From Podarcis liolepis (lineage: Eukaryota): a stretch of 64,000 nucleotides of DNA. Each line of letters starts with the position of its first letter. Positions within the stretch are counted from its first letter, which is position 1. The DNA is taken from the NCBI GenBank assembly GCA_965112155.1, contig OZ218103.1; one strand, written 5' to 3'. The position numbers and the translations under genes are program-made. The notes under the pieces are model-generated. The model did no database searches and was not told where the DNA came from. It saw nothing but the letters and a program-made list of their open reading frames with translations. Below, one piece after another: positions 12,186 to 25,500 of the stretch.

Positions 12186-12705
12186 CCGTATTTTCGCTCT
12201 ATTAGACGCACCGGACGATTGGACGCACCTAGTTTTTAGGGGAGGCTCCCCGCTCCCCTTCATCCCGTGGCTAAGCCAGAAGCTAGAACAGCCAGCGGGA
12301 TCCCGCTCACTGTTCTGGCTTCTTCTTTAGCCGCACGCAGCCTCTCCGGCCGGGAGAGGCTACGCGCAGCTATGGCTTAAGCCGAGACAGCCAGCGGGAT
12401 GGATCCCACCCGCTGTTCTAGCTGCTTTAGCTGCACGCAGCCTCTCCCAAGGGAGGGCAAGGGGAGCCTTCATCCCCTGCCCAGGAAAGGCTGCGTGTGG
12501 CTAAGGCTCCCCTAAGAGCCGCGCTCCCTTTAAAGAGCGCGCAGAGTGTGTGTGCGGCTCTTGGGGGCTTTTCCGCAGCTCCACGCGGCTCTTTAAAGGG
12601 AGTGCTGACAGAGCCTCCCGCCTGCATTCGCTGCATAAGAAGCACACACATTTCCCCTTACTTTTTAGGAGGGGGAAAGTGTGTCTTACAGAGTGAAAAA
12701 TACGG
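12186..12705. mobile_element. pogo/Tigger-like MITE, family B, with CpG-rich internal repeats and palindromes
   Basis: TA|CCGTATTTTCGCTCTATTAGACGCAC...GTGTGTCTTACAGAGTGAAAAATACGG|TA. Confidence 0.88.
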
Positions 12706-13754
12706 TAATGGTTGCACTGTTCAGCATTTTGAAATGTGTACAATGTTACTGAAGTGTGACGTATCTTAGGACTGTAATGTCCCTAAACAGAATACTCAGA
12801 ATTGATGGCCGGTTGAATAAGGAAACTCACTTGATTGAGATCTATTCAAAACTAACAAGGCTTTGTGGTATTATTATAATTCTACATAACTGGTGAATAA
12901 TTTGTGCATGAAGCTTCAGAAGAAAGGACGCTAAAATAATCTCAGCTTGACTGGAGACTCCTGATGTACAATAGCAGGAGTAAGATATTTTAGATTGCAA
13001 AAGTGTAAACATTATGACTATGATACTATGGTGGTGGTGAAGTATTCCCAAAATTTCTGCTTCCTCCCTAAGGAAAAGAGCCACCAAGGACAGGTAGGGG
13101 AGGAGAATACCCCCTCCCCCGGTATTCTAGTTTTTTTATAGTTCCACTCTCCTTAGTAGGCCCAAGAAGTTCTGAAATAGATGTGAAGCTGCCAGCTAAG
13201 GTACAGTGTTACGATTGTATCTACCAGTACTAGCTAATTTTAACCATAAGCAGCTCCTGCCTGCCACCTTCTGATGTGAAGTTATATAAAAAGGGAAAGC
13301 AAGAATATAAGGAGTGGTTTTTCTCTAATCAACCCATACCTAGGAATGTATGTTTTACATACGTTAGCTAAGCTTAGCAGGCATACATACTTTTGCCGGC
13401 CTTCATGTCATACCGAAATATAGTACTACATATAAATATATAAAACTAATGTGTGCTTTAAAGACTGGTAAGACTATGGGCTGGTTCATACATGAAGTTG
13501 CCAGACCAAGGAAAAACATTTATTAAAGCAGGAACAAGCAGTGAACTTGAGCACCTCTCCCACAGACACCTCTGACTTCTGGTTTATTAAATTACAGTTT
13601 CCCATGACTTCTGAACTGAGAAACTGCCTTATCACTTAAAGGGATCTCTACAAACCAAGATCGAACTGTGGTTTGCAATTGTGGTTTGTTGTGAGCACTT
13701 AAACCATTTTCTTGGTCCAGATGTTATTCCAAGCCATGGTTTAACAAACCAGGA

Positions 13755-13960
13755 AATCATACAAATGCAAGAGCCCTACTGGATCAGAACAAAGGTTCAT
13801 CCAGTCCAGCATCCTTTTCTCACAGTGGCCAACTAGATGCACACAAGCAGGGCATGAGTACAACAGCATTGTCCTCACCTGTATTCCCCAGCAATGCGTA
13901 GTTATGATGCTGGAGGTAGTAGTACACAGCCATCATGACTAATAGCCCTCGATAACCTCC
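13755..13960 (-). mobile_element. CR1 LINE 3' fragment
   Basis: ctggatcag...ccagtccagcatccttttctcacagtggccaactagatgc is the reverse complement of the CR1 3' end seen at 43520-43628. Confidence 0.6.
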
Positions 13961-15220
13961 CCTGAAGTTCAGTTCTGCTCCATCAAAACACAGATTGCTG
14001 AACTGAGAACGTTACATTCAAACTGGGACAATAGGTTTCCAGAACACTTCTCTACAAGATAAACTCCTGAATGTGTTTAGCAAACTTCCGATCCTACAGT
14101 TATAATTTATCCAAAGGATAAAATCACCACAGCCCTTAAAGCAACCCTGAAAGTATTTTAAAAGTTCTACTAGTGAGCACTGATCCGTAGCATGGATCTT
14201 ACTTGCATATTCTTGTGAAAAAGATTGGCTGATGAAAAATATTGGCTATCACGAAACAGTAGTATCATTCCAGAAACACTGTCCTTGAGACTTTTCAGAC
14301 GTCTTCTGTTGAAACCTTCAAATATGACAGGGCAGAATAAAAGGGAATGTCAAATACAGCTAGAGTTGAACTTAAAATGCTTTCGAAACATGTACTTCCT
14401 TGAGCTTCAGCATATGCCTCCTATCATGTACTTCTTTCTGTTATTAAACAAGGAGGGAAAGAGGTGAAATGTTACTACAGGTTTTGCTGCCAAAAATTCA
14501 GAGTGTCTGTTCTTTTCTTATCCTTGAAAGATTCATCAAATGGCTGTGATGGTCTTGGTCTCTCTCATCTTTCATCACTTTGCTACATGTGGCTTCTTTG
14601 ACTTAGTAGTTCGCATCTTCTCTTCCGACTTGTCTGACTTTACTGTCAAGATGTGTCAGCCTAATGTTCAAGCTCCCACTCACCTCTCTGGGCAGGGCTT
14701 GAACTAGACCAGCATTTGGTTTTTCTGGATGGAACCCCCAATTCTTTTGGCAGCATGCCTTAGTGGCCAGCATTTGTTATGGCTGCTTCAGGAGTGAGTG
14801 GGTGGTGGCTGTCAGCAGTGATCAGCTGTTTGCAATCCAGGAGTAATGTGTAGTCCTCATGAGGATAAAGTTCTCGCTAAAATGAGGAAGACCATTATCT
14901 TTTAATATTGGAGAAATTAAAAAGATAAACTCACAGCCTTAGGCATTTTAAAAAATGAAAATAGATACATTTGTATTACGCAAACAAGCATCTTACAAGA
15001 GAGGGAAGTTTCCATTAACTTCCTCCTCACCACACTCCAAAGCGTGCATGATCAAGAACAAATAAGAGCAACTCTCCTCCTATTACAGTATAATATCGGC
15101 ATGCACCTCTTTCTTTCCAATGGTTTTTTTGGGGGGGCAGGTAGGAGTTGAGAATACCAGAAACAAAAAGGAAATATGCCATATAAAAACACACGATTTA
15201 ATAATTAAGGAGGACTAAAT

Positions 15221-15295
15221 GGAGTGCCTGGCGTGCTCTGGTCCATGGGGTCACGAAGAGTCGCACACAACTAAACGACTAAACAACAACAACAA
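15221..15295 (+). mobile_element. RTE-BovB LINE extreme 3' end with (CAA)n tail
   Basis: GCCTGGCGTGCT..GTCCATGGGGTCACGAAGAGTCG.ACAC.ACT matches the known BovB 3' terminus. Confidence 0.85.
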
Positions 15296-15589
15296 AATAA
15301 TATTCACACACCACTACCATCCTTCCCAGAGGATCTTTCAGGGTGTTCCCTTCCTTCATCTGGCCCTTATACCTGGTATGCAAGACTTAGGTGTACATAA
15401 AATGTCTACAACAGATGTATGTGGCTCTCTCTCTCTGTTGCATGGCTTGCTTACTCAAATGCAAAAGACAGGAGAGCACCAGGCTGACCTATTCTAAGTG
15501 GGCTTTATGGCACACTTGGACACTTGGAAAGTCCAAAATGCCATCTACAACAGTAGGCTCTCTCAACTCTTTTGTCACCTGTCTCATTT

Positions 15590-15653
<64 letters not shown>

Positions 15654-15654
15654 T
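15590..15654. repeat. (CTTT)n microsatellite
   Basis: Directly visible. Confidence 0.97.
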
Positions 15655-17019
15655 CCCTCTCTCTCTCATCCTCCATTCCTTATTTCCATCCTTCTAAAGC
15701 AGCTCCATTTTCTCACCATGAAGCATTAGGGTCTTCTGAACTCTACACAGAATGTTACTCAGCACCTTTGGCGTTTTTTCAAATATTTTAAAAAGAACAA
15801 CACACCCAAGAGTGGGAGATATAAACCCATCGATGTATACAATGGAAGCCTATATGCCATTCTTTCTCAGCACTTGTCACATTCAAACAGTGCCGCTAAT
15901 TACCCAATGGATGGCACACAAAAATCCTAATGAATCAGAGAGCCAGAGATTAAGAGTTGTACTTTTGCCCATACCTAGAAAAGCACAATTAGAACTACTT
16001 AAAAGAAATTTGAGAACTAGCCTGCACTTGAATTTTAGGAATGAAGTTCATGTCACAGTTAAGATAATGCAGTGCCTCATTCCTTCAGGGTTCTAAACTC
16101 TAGTATCTGTTGGCTCTCTGAAATAGTATACATTATCTATGTGGCTTTTTCTGAAAAGATATGGAAAACATTCCACCCCATTTGGTTTGGCCAAGGCATT
16201 GTATACCTGTCTGGCTTCCCAAATATGTTGGCAACTTTTCAGTATAATCAAAAAGTCTCAGCCAATTTTTTTGTGTGTGGAAGGCATTGAGAGGCACCTA
16301 GCCCATTTATGGGTTATAGCACTGGCACCACAGATGGACATTTTTGTGATGTTAACTTACGTAAACCCACTCTCTGCAGAGAAAACAATTGGGTCCCCTC
16401 ACCCCATTAAGGCAGTTTTGAGCTGCAAAACTGCTGCTCTGCCAAAAGACAGCAGTACAAAAACAATTAACTGTGCACTAAGCTCATGTTTTTCTTAATG
16501 TCTAATCTATCCGATTACAGGGTAACCATAGCCAGTTTGGGTGGGTATCTATCTTTTTGGTCCAGGTTATCTCAATTCTTTGTCATCTGCTGTCACGTTT
16601 TTCCTAAAGAATACCTTTGCCATGTGTCAGGCCTTTTAGAGAAGCATGAAATCCAACACTAATGTGAATATAATTATTTGTTGGGGATTTAAAAAATGTT
16701 CCTCCAAGTGCACTTCATACCCCATGGTTTCTGAATAAATTCTTAGGATAACGGTTTGGATTTAGCTGGCTTTTTTGCAAATAGGATCTGTGGCTATCCA
16801 CTGGAAGCTTGAAGTGCCTTCAAATGAACTGCACTCAAACTTCATAGCACACAACTATCTTGTATTATTGTTGCTCAGTCAAGAAATAGAACAGTCATCA
16901 GAAACAGTTCATGTGGCACACAAAACTTGTGTTTTATTTCATGTACAAAACTGTATTCTTTAGCATGAGATTTTATGTTTTTCTTGCCATTGTTCCCCAC
17001 CCCTCTTTTTCTGAATTAG

Positions 17020-17231
17020 ACACAAAAGACTCAAAGGAAAAGAATAAAATGGAAATCCTCTATATATTGGTGCCAAGTGTTACAATTCCCCTGGCTATTG
17101 CCTTACTATTTTTCTTCATCTGTATTTGCCGTAACAACCAGAAGTCTTCTTCCCCTCCAGTGCAAAGGCAGCCTAAGCATGTCAGAGGACAGAACGTAGA
17201 GATGTCTATGCTGAATGCATATAAGCCAAAG
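17020..17231 (+). CDS. ROR1: ROR1 coding exon (human exon 8 equivalent), transmembrane and juxtamembrane: DTKDSKEKNKMEILYILVPSVTIPLAIALLFFFICICRNNQK...LNAYKPK
   Basis: Acceptor ttag ends 17019, donor gtattg at 17232; 212 bp; single hydrophobic TM helix. Confidence 0.97.
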
Positions 17232-18655
17232 GTATTGTTGGTGAAATCTACTTTATATGCCTATGTCATAAAAGAGAAATGTTTCCACTTAGTATTCTAG
17301 TTCAATGAACCTTTGCTATTTTGGTCACTTCCAGCTCTTTTGGGTGCAATAGTTTTCCTAATGATGTGTCAATCCCAGCTGACTGCATTTCACAAATACT
17401 AGTAGGACAATATTACAATTGTTTCCACTCCATAAAATGTTCTTTCTTATGTGAATATAAAATTGTATTGAGTTTGGACATATTCTAACTGATTCAATAA
17501 AAACAAGAACTAAACCAAACCCCCAGTTTTGTACATGAGACTTAGGCTTTGTACATGAGACTAAATCCTGTACCCGTTTACTTAGAGCGTAGTCCTATTG
17601 GACTCAGTGAGACTTACATGTGAGAGGCTATGTATAAGATTGCACTGTTAGGCTGCCATCCTAAGCACATTTACTACAGAGTAATCCCTACCTCAAGGCA
17701 CTTGCTACATGCTTAGTATAATATCATAAATTGTGTCCACTCTTGTCATTCATTTAATAGAAGTAACTGATAGAGATAAAGTGTCCCCTGACAAATTTCC
17801 TTTGTACTTGGTTTATGTTGGCATGGTGCCTCATATGTGTTTTACACTTCTTTGCATTTTGTACACCACCATATGACAAATACCCGTCAAACAAAAACTA
17901 AGCAGATTTATAACTGCTTAACTTAAAATGAACCCCTTTCCTGCCAAAACTTTATGACTTCATTTTCTTTCATACTTTTCCACTAGGTTGGTTAAAACAG
18001 ACAATCCTGCATGAGGTCAGACAGAGGTCATTTCACTTTCATTACTAAAATATAATTTACAATATGCCAGACCTAAACAAGTTTTAGCCTAAAGGATTTG
18101 TATAATATAAACCATCTGTGTCTCAACAATACAGCTAATTTCCTGCCATCACTGCACAGTCAACTGGCTGCTTGTTTAAATGCCTCTGCGATATATTAAT
18201 TCACACAGTATTTATCTAAAATTTGTAAATGGTTAGGAAAATTAGAATTCAGTCCTGAGTGTCACTTTCAAATGATAATAAAGTGCATTGGGGCTTTCTG
18301 CTCCTCCCCTTTTCTTTTTCTTCTTTTGTTTGCAATACTGCTTTGGCAAAATTGGAGTGAGAGTAGCAAGGATCTCAAGTAAAGGAAAACTTAATTTCCG
18401 AAAGGTCCTGAACATTGAGTTCCGCGCTCAATTACTGTCACCTACTTCATGAATGGAAACATTGAATTTCACATGCTTTATGATGGAATTATTTTTAACT
18501 CTGTATCTATAAAGTAAAGAAATGGGAAGGGGTGTCTTGAAAACTACTGCAACACCGCTCTTGTTATAGTATCCTCCTACAGTATCAGACGTATGGCACT
18601 GAGATTTTAGCCATCATCCAAATTTATTGTTGACATGTCACCTTTTTTCTAACAG

Positions 18656-20080
18656 AGCAAAGCCAAAGAGCTGCCTCTATCTGCTGTCCGTTTTATGGAA
18701 GAGTTGGGTGAATGTGCCTTTGGCAAAATCTACAAGGGACACCTTTATCTACCAGGCATGGATCATGCTCAGCTGGTTGCAATTAAGACCCTAAAGGACT
18801 GCAACAATCCACAACAGTGGGCAGAGTTCCAGCAGGAAGCCTCTCTGATGGCAGAACTACATCATCCCAACATCGTTTGCCTTCTTGGCGTTGTGACTCA
18901 GGAGCAGCCAGTCTGCATGCTTTTTGAGTACATGAATCAAGGGGACCTGCATGAATTTCTTATAATGCGATCACCACATTCAGATGTTGGGTGCAGCAGT
19001 GATGAGGATGGTACTGTAAAATCTAGCTTAGATCATGGAGATTTTCTGCACATAGCAGTCCAGATTGCAGCAGGGATGGAATACTTATCAAGTCATTTTT
19101 TTGTTCACAAGGATCTGGCTGCTCGAAATATTTTAATTGGAGAACAGCTCCACGTGAAGATTTCTGATTTGGGACTGTCAAGAGAAATCTACTCTGCAGA
19201 TTATTTCAGAGTTCAAAACAAGTCCCTCTTACCCATTCGTTGGATGCCCCCAGAGGCAATTCTGTATGGCAAATTCTCTTCCGATTCAGACATCTGGTCC
19301 TTTGGTGTTGTCCTGTGGGAGATTTTCAGCTTTGGTCTTCAGCCCTATTATGGATTTAGTAACCAAGAGGTCATAGAAATGGTTAGGAAGCGACAACTTT
19401 TGCCATGCTCTGAAGACTGCCCTCCCAGAATGTACAGCTTGATGACCGAATGTTGGCATGAGCTGCCATCTCGGAGACCAAGGTTTAAAGATATCCATGC
19501 CAGGCTGCGTTCTTGGGAGGGGCTGTCAAGTCACACTAGTTCTACTACTCCTTCTGGTGGAAATGCTACCACTCAGACAACTTCTCTCAGTGCAAGCCCA
19601 GTTAGCAACATGAGTAACCCTAGGTACCCTAACTACATGTTTCCAGCACAGGGTATACCACAAGGCCAAATTGCTGGATTTATTGGCCCACCAATACCTC
19701 AAAACCAGCGATTTATTCCTATAAATGGATATCCAATTCCTCCTGGATATGCTGCTTTCCCAGCTGCTCACTACCAGCCTGCAGGCCCACCCAGAGTAAT
19801 TCAGCACTGTCCTCCACCAAAGAGTCGTTCGCCAAGTAGTGCAAGTGGATCAACCAGCACCGGGCATGTGACTAGCTTACCCTCTTCAGGATCTAATCAG
19901 GATGCAAATATTCCTTTGCTGTCTCATATGTCTATGCAGAGTCATCCAAGTGGGATTAGTATAACCGTTTTTGGAAACAAAACTCAAAAACCCTACAAAA
20001 TTGACTCCAAACAGACATCTCTATTAGGAGACTCCAGTATTCATGGACATAATGAGACCGTGATTTCAGCAGAGATGTAA
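18656..20080 (+). CDS. ROR1: ROR1 last coding exon (human exon 9 equivalent): tyrosine pseudokinase domain, Ser/Thr-rich and Pro-rich tail, stop TAA
   Basis: Acceptor aacag ends 18655; reads [13 protein letters not shown] into the 461-aa ORF at 18695. Motifs [34 protein letters not shown], and the ROR1-type tail ([33 protein letters not shown]). Confidence 0.99.
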   Translation, partial: SKAKELPLSAVRFMEELGECAFGKIYKGHLYLPGMDHAQLVAIKTLKDCNNPQQWAEFQQEASLMAELHHPNIVCLLGVVTQEQPVCMLFEYMNQGDLHEFLIMRSPHSDVGCSSDEDGTVKSSLDHGDFLHIAVQIAAGMEYLSSHFFVHKDLAARNILIGEQLHVKISDLGLSREIYSADYFRVQNKSLLPIRWMPPEAILYGKFSSDSDIWSFGVVLWEIFSFGLQPYYGFSNQEVIEMVRKRQLLPCSEDCPPRMYSLMTECWHELPSRRPRFKDIHARLRSWEGLSSHTSSTTPSGGNATTQTTSLSASPVSNMSNPRYPNYMFPAQGIPQGQIAGFIGPPIPQNQRFIPINGYPIPPGYAAFPAAHYQPAGPPRVIQHCPPPKSRSPSSASGSTSTGHVTSLPSSGSNQDANIPLLSHMSMQSHPSGISITVFGNKTQKPYKIDSKQTSLLGDSSIHGHNETVISAEM

Positions 20081-22530
20081 ATAAACAAGACTTTTGTAAA
20101 TAAACCTATTTACAATATGGAATATAGAACGTTTTTAGAGGAGATTTATATTCAAATATTTTATTGGAGATTCTTCTGGCTGTATAAAGAGATATTTGCA
20201 ATAAGTATCTTCTGTGAAGTTTATTTGTGCTTAACAGGATAAAGAGGTGCCAACCGTATTTTTCAAAAATGGAGTTTACACTCAATATCTTGGGTGAACC
20301 CTTATTTTACAGCTACCAAGGAGAAAGAAATTTTTGTGTGTGTGTGTGTGAGTGAAAAAGAAACTTAACTGTGATACGTTTTATTTAATCACAGTTCCGT
20401 AATTTCTGCCTCAGCAATCTTATTATTCTAAACCCATTTTAATATTGGTCACTTTTATGAATGAATGTGGTTAAGACAAATGTTGAGGACGATTAAGTAT
20501 GCTCCTGTAGAATGGAAGTTGTACTCTTTTTTGGTCTAATGTGGTTTGAGGGCACCACAAGACACAAGTACCTGATCCAGAGATAGGGTGAAATCAAACA
20601 CCTTGATAAATTTGCTTGTATTTCATTTTAATGGCACACATTGGGCATTGACTTTTATTATTTCCCCCCTTTAAACAGCATCCACAAATCAGAAGTGTAG
20701 TGGATGTGCAATATATTATCAAAATGAATTCCTTTCTAGACAAGAATTTTGTTCAGACATATTCAGTTTTGAGTATGTAAACAGTTTCTGTCTAATGATA
20801 TGTCTAAGCTCATGCATAAACTAGGACAAGCAATAGAACCCTCTTGGAACTGCATATGATAAGTGAGTGAAAATTATACTTCTTGACGTTATATCTGTAG
20901 TTGCAATAGAATTTTTGTATCCCTTTGTTGCTATGCAACCCTTTAATTAAAGAAAACTCTAAATTCTTATTTTATAACAGACAATCAGTTTTCCCAATAA
21001 TATTTATTATTTCAAGTAAAATAAATAGCTTTTGTAGTGATAACCCTGAAAAGGGAAGCCTGCATTCCATCAGTTGTACACAACAATTTTTTAGAAATTT
21101 TCTATGATAACTTTTGTATGTCATTTCAAATAATGTGAATTAGAATTAACTTTTTACTAGAAAATTGCATTTTTATTACTGAATTTTATTCAGGTGTAAT
21201 CAATCTGGATTATTTTGAAACCACTGTAATGTTTGAAAAAATACTGTGTAAATTACAACCTCTCAGACTTTTTTATTAAAATAATTTTTGTATGGATTAT
21301 ATACACAAATCTTTCAGACACTTGACAGTACTTTTTTTCAAAATCTTTTGCACAAAAATGTTGACTTTGTATAGCAGAAGTGAAAAATACATCCTGCTTT
21401 TTATTTCTTGTCTGTTTCTCATTTTTTAACTACGTGGATATGTCTTTGAAATACACAAGGTAACATTTAGACAATGTTTTAATACATATTTTGTTTTTAT
21501 TGCATGCATTTGATTACTGTATTACTTTATTAATCTACTCATTGAGGATGTTGCACTAAGGTAAGCATGTAAACATAGCAACACAGACTACTTTATGCAG
21601 AAGCTAAGTGCATTTTTGTATAAACATGGTATTAAAGAAGAACATGCATATTTTCGGAATGATAATCAACGTTCTGAAAATCTCAGATGGATTAAGCGTC
21701 ACATCCTGCTAGCCTTCCTTATACAATGAGTCAATTGAGACTATTGTTATTAGTCATTTGACACTATTTTTATTAGTCATTTGAGACTATTGTTAACCAT
21801 CATCCATCCCCAAACTGTCCCCAGATCAATCTCACAAAGTTGGCTATTTTATGTTTTCCAGTGTACTGCTTACTTTCATGACTCTACAAACTGCTTTTGA
21901 AAATTTCCCCTTCATTTTCCAGAGTTATTTGCCATGCAATGAGGTAAAGAGACTCCTGTCTGAGGGAAAACAATTCAAAAGCCCCCTTGGGCTCTATTAT
22001 TATTATTATTATTACTCTTCTAGTCACTATTGCTAAACAGATCAAAAGTTCTCATGAGATGTAATCTGAATGACAAGCCAAATTGCATATATTTTAATTT
22101 GTGGATGCTTTAAGCATCTTCAAAATACAAGCCAATTGTGTGTCTGTTAAATATAGAATATTGGCAGTGAAAACCATGCTCTGAGCAAAAACTGAGCCAG
22201 TTGTCTTGCGCAATAGAAAAAATTGTTAATGCCAACTATCAAATCTTTTTCTTCTTGCACAAGGTACAGGTTGTGTGCTTTTTTAAAAACAACAACACTT
22301 AAATAGGAACAGGGATTCACAAAGGAGCTAATGAAGACAAGAAAGCAGTTCAACAGTATCAATTGGATAATATGGGTGGGGAAAACTTTGCTAAAGAATC
22401 AACATTTTGCAAACTGTGGTGAAAATATGGTTTCTGCAACTTGGACATACAGAGGAAGAAATGTCATAAACCTTCACACTTTAAATAATCATTTCATCTT
22501 TCTTCAAATAAATGTAATATAATACTTTAA
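20081..22530 (+). other. ROR1: Probable ROR1 3' UTR
   Basis: AU-rich and largely free of recognisable transposons after the stop codon; candidate distal AATAAA at 22507-22512, after which repeats resume. The 3' end is inferred. Confidence 0.55.
21729..21795. repeat. 23-bp unit tandem repeat, about 3 copies, in the probable ROR1 3' UTR
   Basis: AGTCAATTGAGACTATTGTTATT / AGTCATTTGACACTATTTTTATT / AGTCATTTGAGACTATTGTTA. Confidence 0.9.
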
Positions 22531-25500
22531 ACAATACCTTATGAAGCTTGAAAGATGCAAATGTAAGTTCAGAAAAACAGCGAAATTAAAGGACAAAATC
22601 CTGTCTAATCCTGCTAACAGAAAAAAGCAGCTAATTTAAAGGTTACCTCACACAGTTTAATAGTTTCCTTACCTTTCACAAAGATTCAATAGAGGGGCAC
22701 TTTTACAAAGCAAGCATCACAGCTGGAACTGGGAATTGCCCTGCAGTGAGTTAAGGACTGAAAATAAATATATGACAATGAACGTGACAGGTCTGTGAAT
22801 ACTGCACGGGTCTTGGATCTGACAAACCAGCAAAATAGGATTTTATTTTTGAAATACATGCAAGAAGACTTGTACACTTACTGACCAACTCTTTTGCTGG
22901 ACCTGGAGCCATACTTGTACCCAGTTCTGCATTCATGCATTCCATGGGGTAAACAAGGATGGAGCATCTGTGGGCCTTCAAATGTAGCTTGACATTAACT
23001 CCCATCACTGTTTACCGTGGTCATGCTGGCTGGTAGGATCTGGACTCCAGCAACCTGAGGGCCACAAGTTAGCTACAATTATGAGTTCTCACATATGTTG
23101 TTAGTTGCTCAAGAAAAAAATTCATAAGTAGAATTAAGTTTGGATGGTCAACCGTGAAGCTCACTGGGTGACCTTTCACAAGTCACTATATTATCAGCCC
23201 AATCACTATACAATCCAATTGTGCCCCAAGAAACAATGAGCTTGCTAGCAAGCAAACTGAGGACACTATGGCCACATTCAGGTGCAGCACGGAGCCATAG
23301 GTTATGGCTAAGCAAATTATGCTATGTACAAGCTATGTGCTGGTGCTTGCAGCTCAAAGTCTCCCACATTGCACTTCTTTTCCTCCCGTGAGCAAACAAA
23401 CCACAGAGTGGCTAGTGTAACCACATCTGACCCAACACTTGTGGTTTGTTTAGCTCCAAGCAAACCACAATCTAAAGCCAAATCTCAATTGTAACTTGTT
23501 TGGGAGAAACAATTCCTGGGCCAGCCACTAATGCTAAGCCAGCCACTACATGGTTTGTTTGCTCACTGGAGGAATGAACAAAATGGAAGCTGTATGCACA
23601 GGCTCTTTTGCTTAATCAGGGGTTATGGCTTGATGTTACATACACAGTGAAACAGTGCATTCCAAAACTCATGGGCCTGTGTGAACAGCATGCTCGCTAG
23701 TAACAACTTCACTAACTGCACATTTATTTTGGCAGGCTGTTTCTTCACATAGCTCAGCTGGATCAATGCACTGACTAACCAACTAACACATGAACCAGAA
23801 AGTCCTTGGGAGTGTGGACTACAGCCTAGAGCAGGGATAGCCAGTATGGTGCTCTCCAGTTGTTGTTGGGCTGTAACTCCCAACATCCCTGACCACTAAC
23901 CATACTGGCTAAGACTGGCTGAGGTGAATTCGACAATTTCCAGAGTGTACTATGTGGGTTGTACAAATACTAATTACTAATTGCTTGGCTCAGTGGTATT
24001 CCACTTTTATCAACCATTTCAGCTTTGCAAGCTGGTTAAGGAAACTCTTCAAGAAAGTGTCAGAAACAATGAACAAATGCAATACTTAAAGAGCCTATTT
24101 AGAACATACGTGTGATGCCCAGAGCAAGAAAAAATAAATAAAACACTGTATGCACATTTATCCCCCCTTTTCCAAATATTTCCCTCCATCAACAGGAAAT
24201 AAAGCAGTCACATTCTCTTACATTGCACATGCAAAGCACTGCTACAGCATAAAGATTTAATGATATTGGAGACCGGTTATGCAGCTCTTACTCATAAAAC
24301 CACATCCATCGATTCTCAGAAAAGGTCTGTCTTCTGGCTGGATCTTCAATCGCTAAGGATCATCACTCACCAAAACCCCAGTCTCTCTGTGGGCCTACAA
24401 ACCCTTTGACTTCAGAATGGGGCAGCTGCAACTTTCTGCAATAATTTTTATAACTTCATATTTTTATGAGGGTAGATGATTCATTCAGCCAATATACCCC
24501 AATCATATTCTTGTTTGAGCTTGAAAAAGTAAGAACATTTATATTGCTGAGGTAGTATAAAATGCTGAAAACACAAGACACTACACAATGAGACTATGTA
24601 TTGAATTGGTCTCTGAGAAGAACAACCTTGAATCATCAAAATAATCTTTTATGTCTGCAGTGGGACAACTGATTTCAAACCAATTTCATTGCTGAGTGGA
24701 ATTGTCCATTTTGTTCCAGTTCTGATAAATATGCATGTGTTTAGTAGCAGGATTTCAACTGTTCTGACAGATTACAGTACAGTTGAATTGCATCTAGGGG
24801 TGTGCATATGTTTTGTGATGAATGGAAAACTAAACAACTAGTGGTCCAGATCACATTTATCCCAATGCTCAGAGGATGAAACATGGAAGAATGGAAGCAC
24901 TGTTAAAGGTTTTCAGTGGGTGGGGATTACATGTTTTTGCTGGCAGCAGAGCAGAAAGCAGTAGCTGCTCTTGGCAGCCTCCCATCTCCCCAGAAGCTTC
25001 CAACACAGGGTAATTCTGGGATACCTGGGAAGATAAAATGGCATCAGCTGCAGCAATTATCACATTTTCCATTGGTAGCTACTAATTTTTGCTGAAAATG
25101 CAACGGAATGATGTTGCATGATGACATCTGAGGGGTTAGGTGGTAGCTTCCAATATCTGCTCTAGTGTAGCAATGGACAAAATAAATAGATAAAAAAGGG
25201 GGGGATGGGAAATTTCAACGGAGATTTGAAACTATACTGAATAACAAAATGAGCACATGAAGGAAACGCAAAACAAATGCAATTTCAATGAAAGAAACAT
25301 GAGATGAAGAAAGCTTTTACATACAAAATCAAATGCAACCCCCCCCCCCCAAACAAACACAAGAGCTGTTGCACACACAGCTGTGCTAAGGGTTGGTGAG
25401 ATAAAATATAATCTTTACATGAATCTGGATGTGAATTAACAAGGGACCTTTAAAGTAGAGGAATCCAGCAGAACAATTTATGTTCCTGTTTGAATCCTGA

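Noticed and set aside
18695-20080. Stand-alone 461-aa kinase gene
   Set aside because: The ATG is internal to the last ROR1 exon, which starts at the acceptor at 18656; no promoter evidence for an independent start.
21729-21795. CRISPR-like array
   Set aside because: Head-to-tail tandem units without spacers, in a vertebrate genome.
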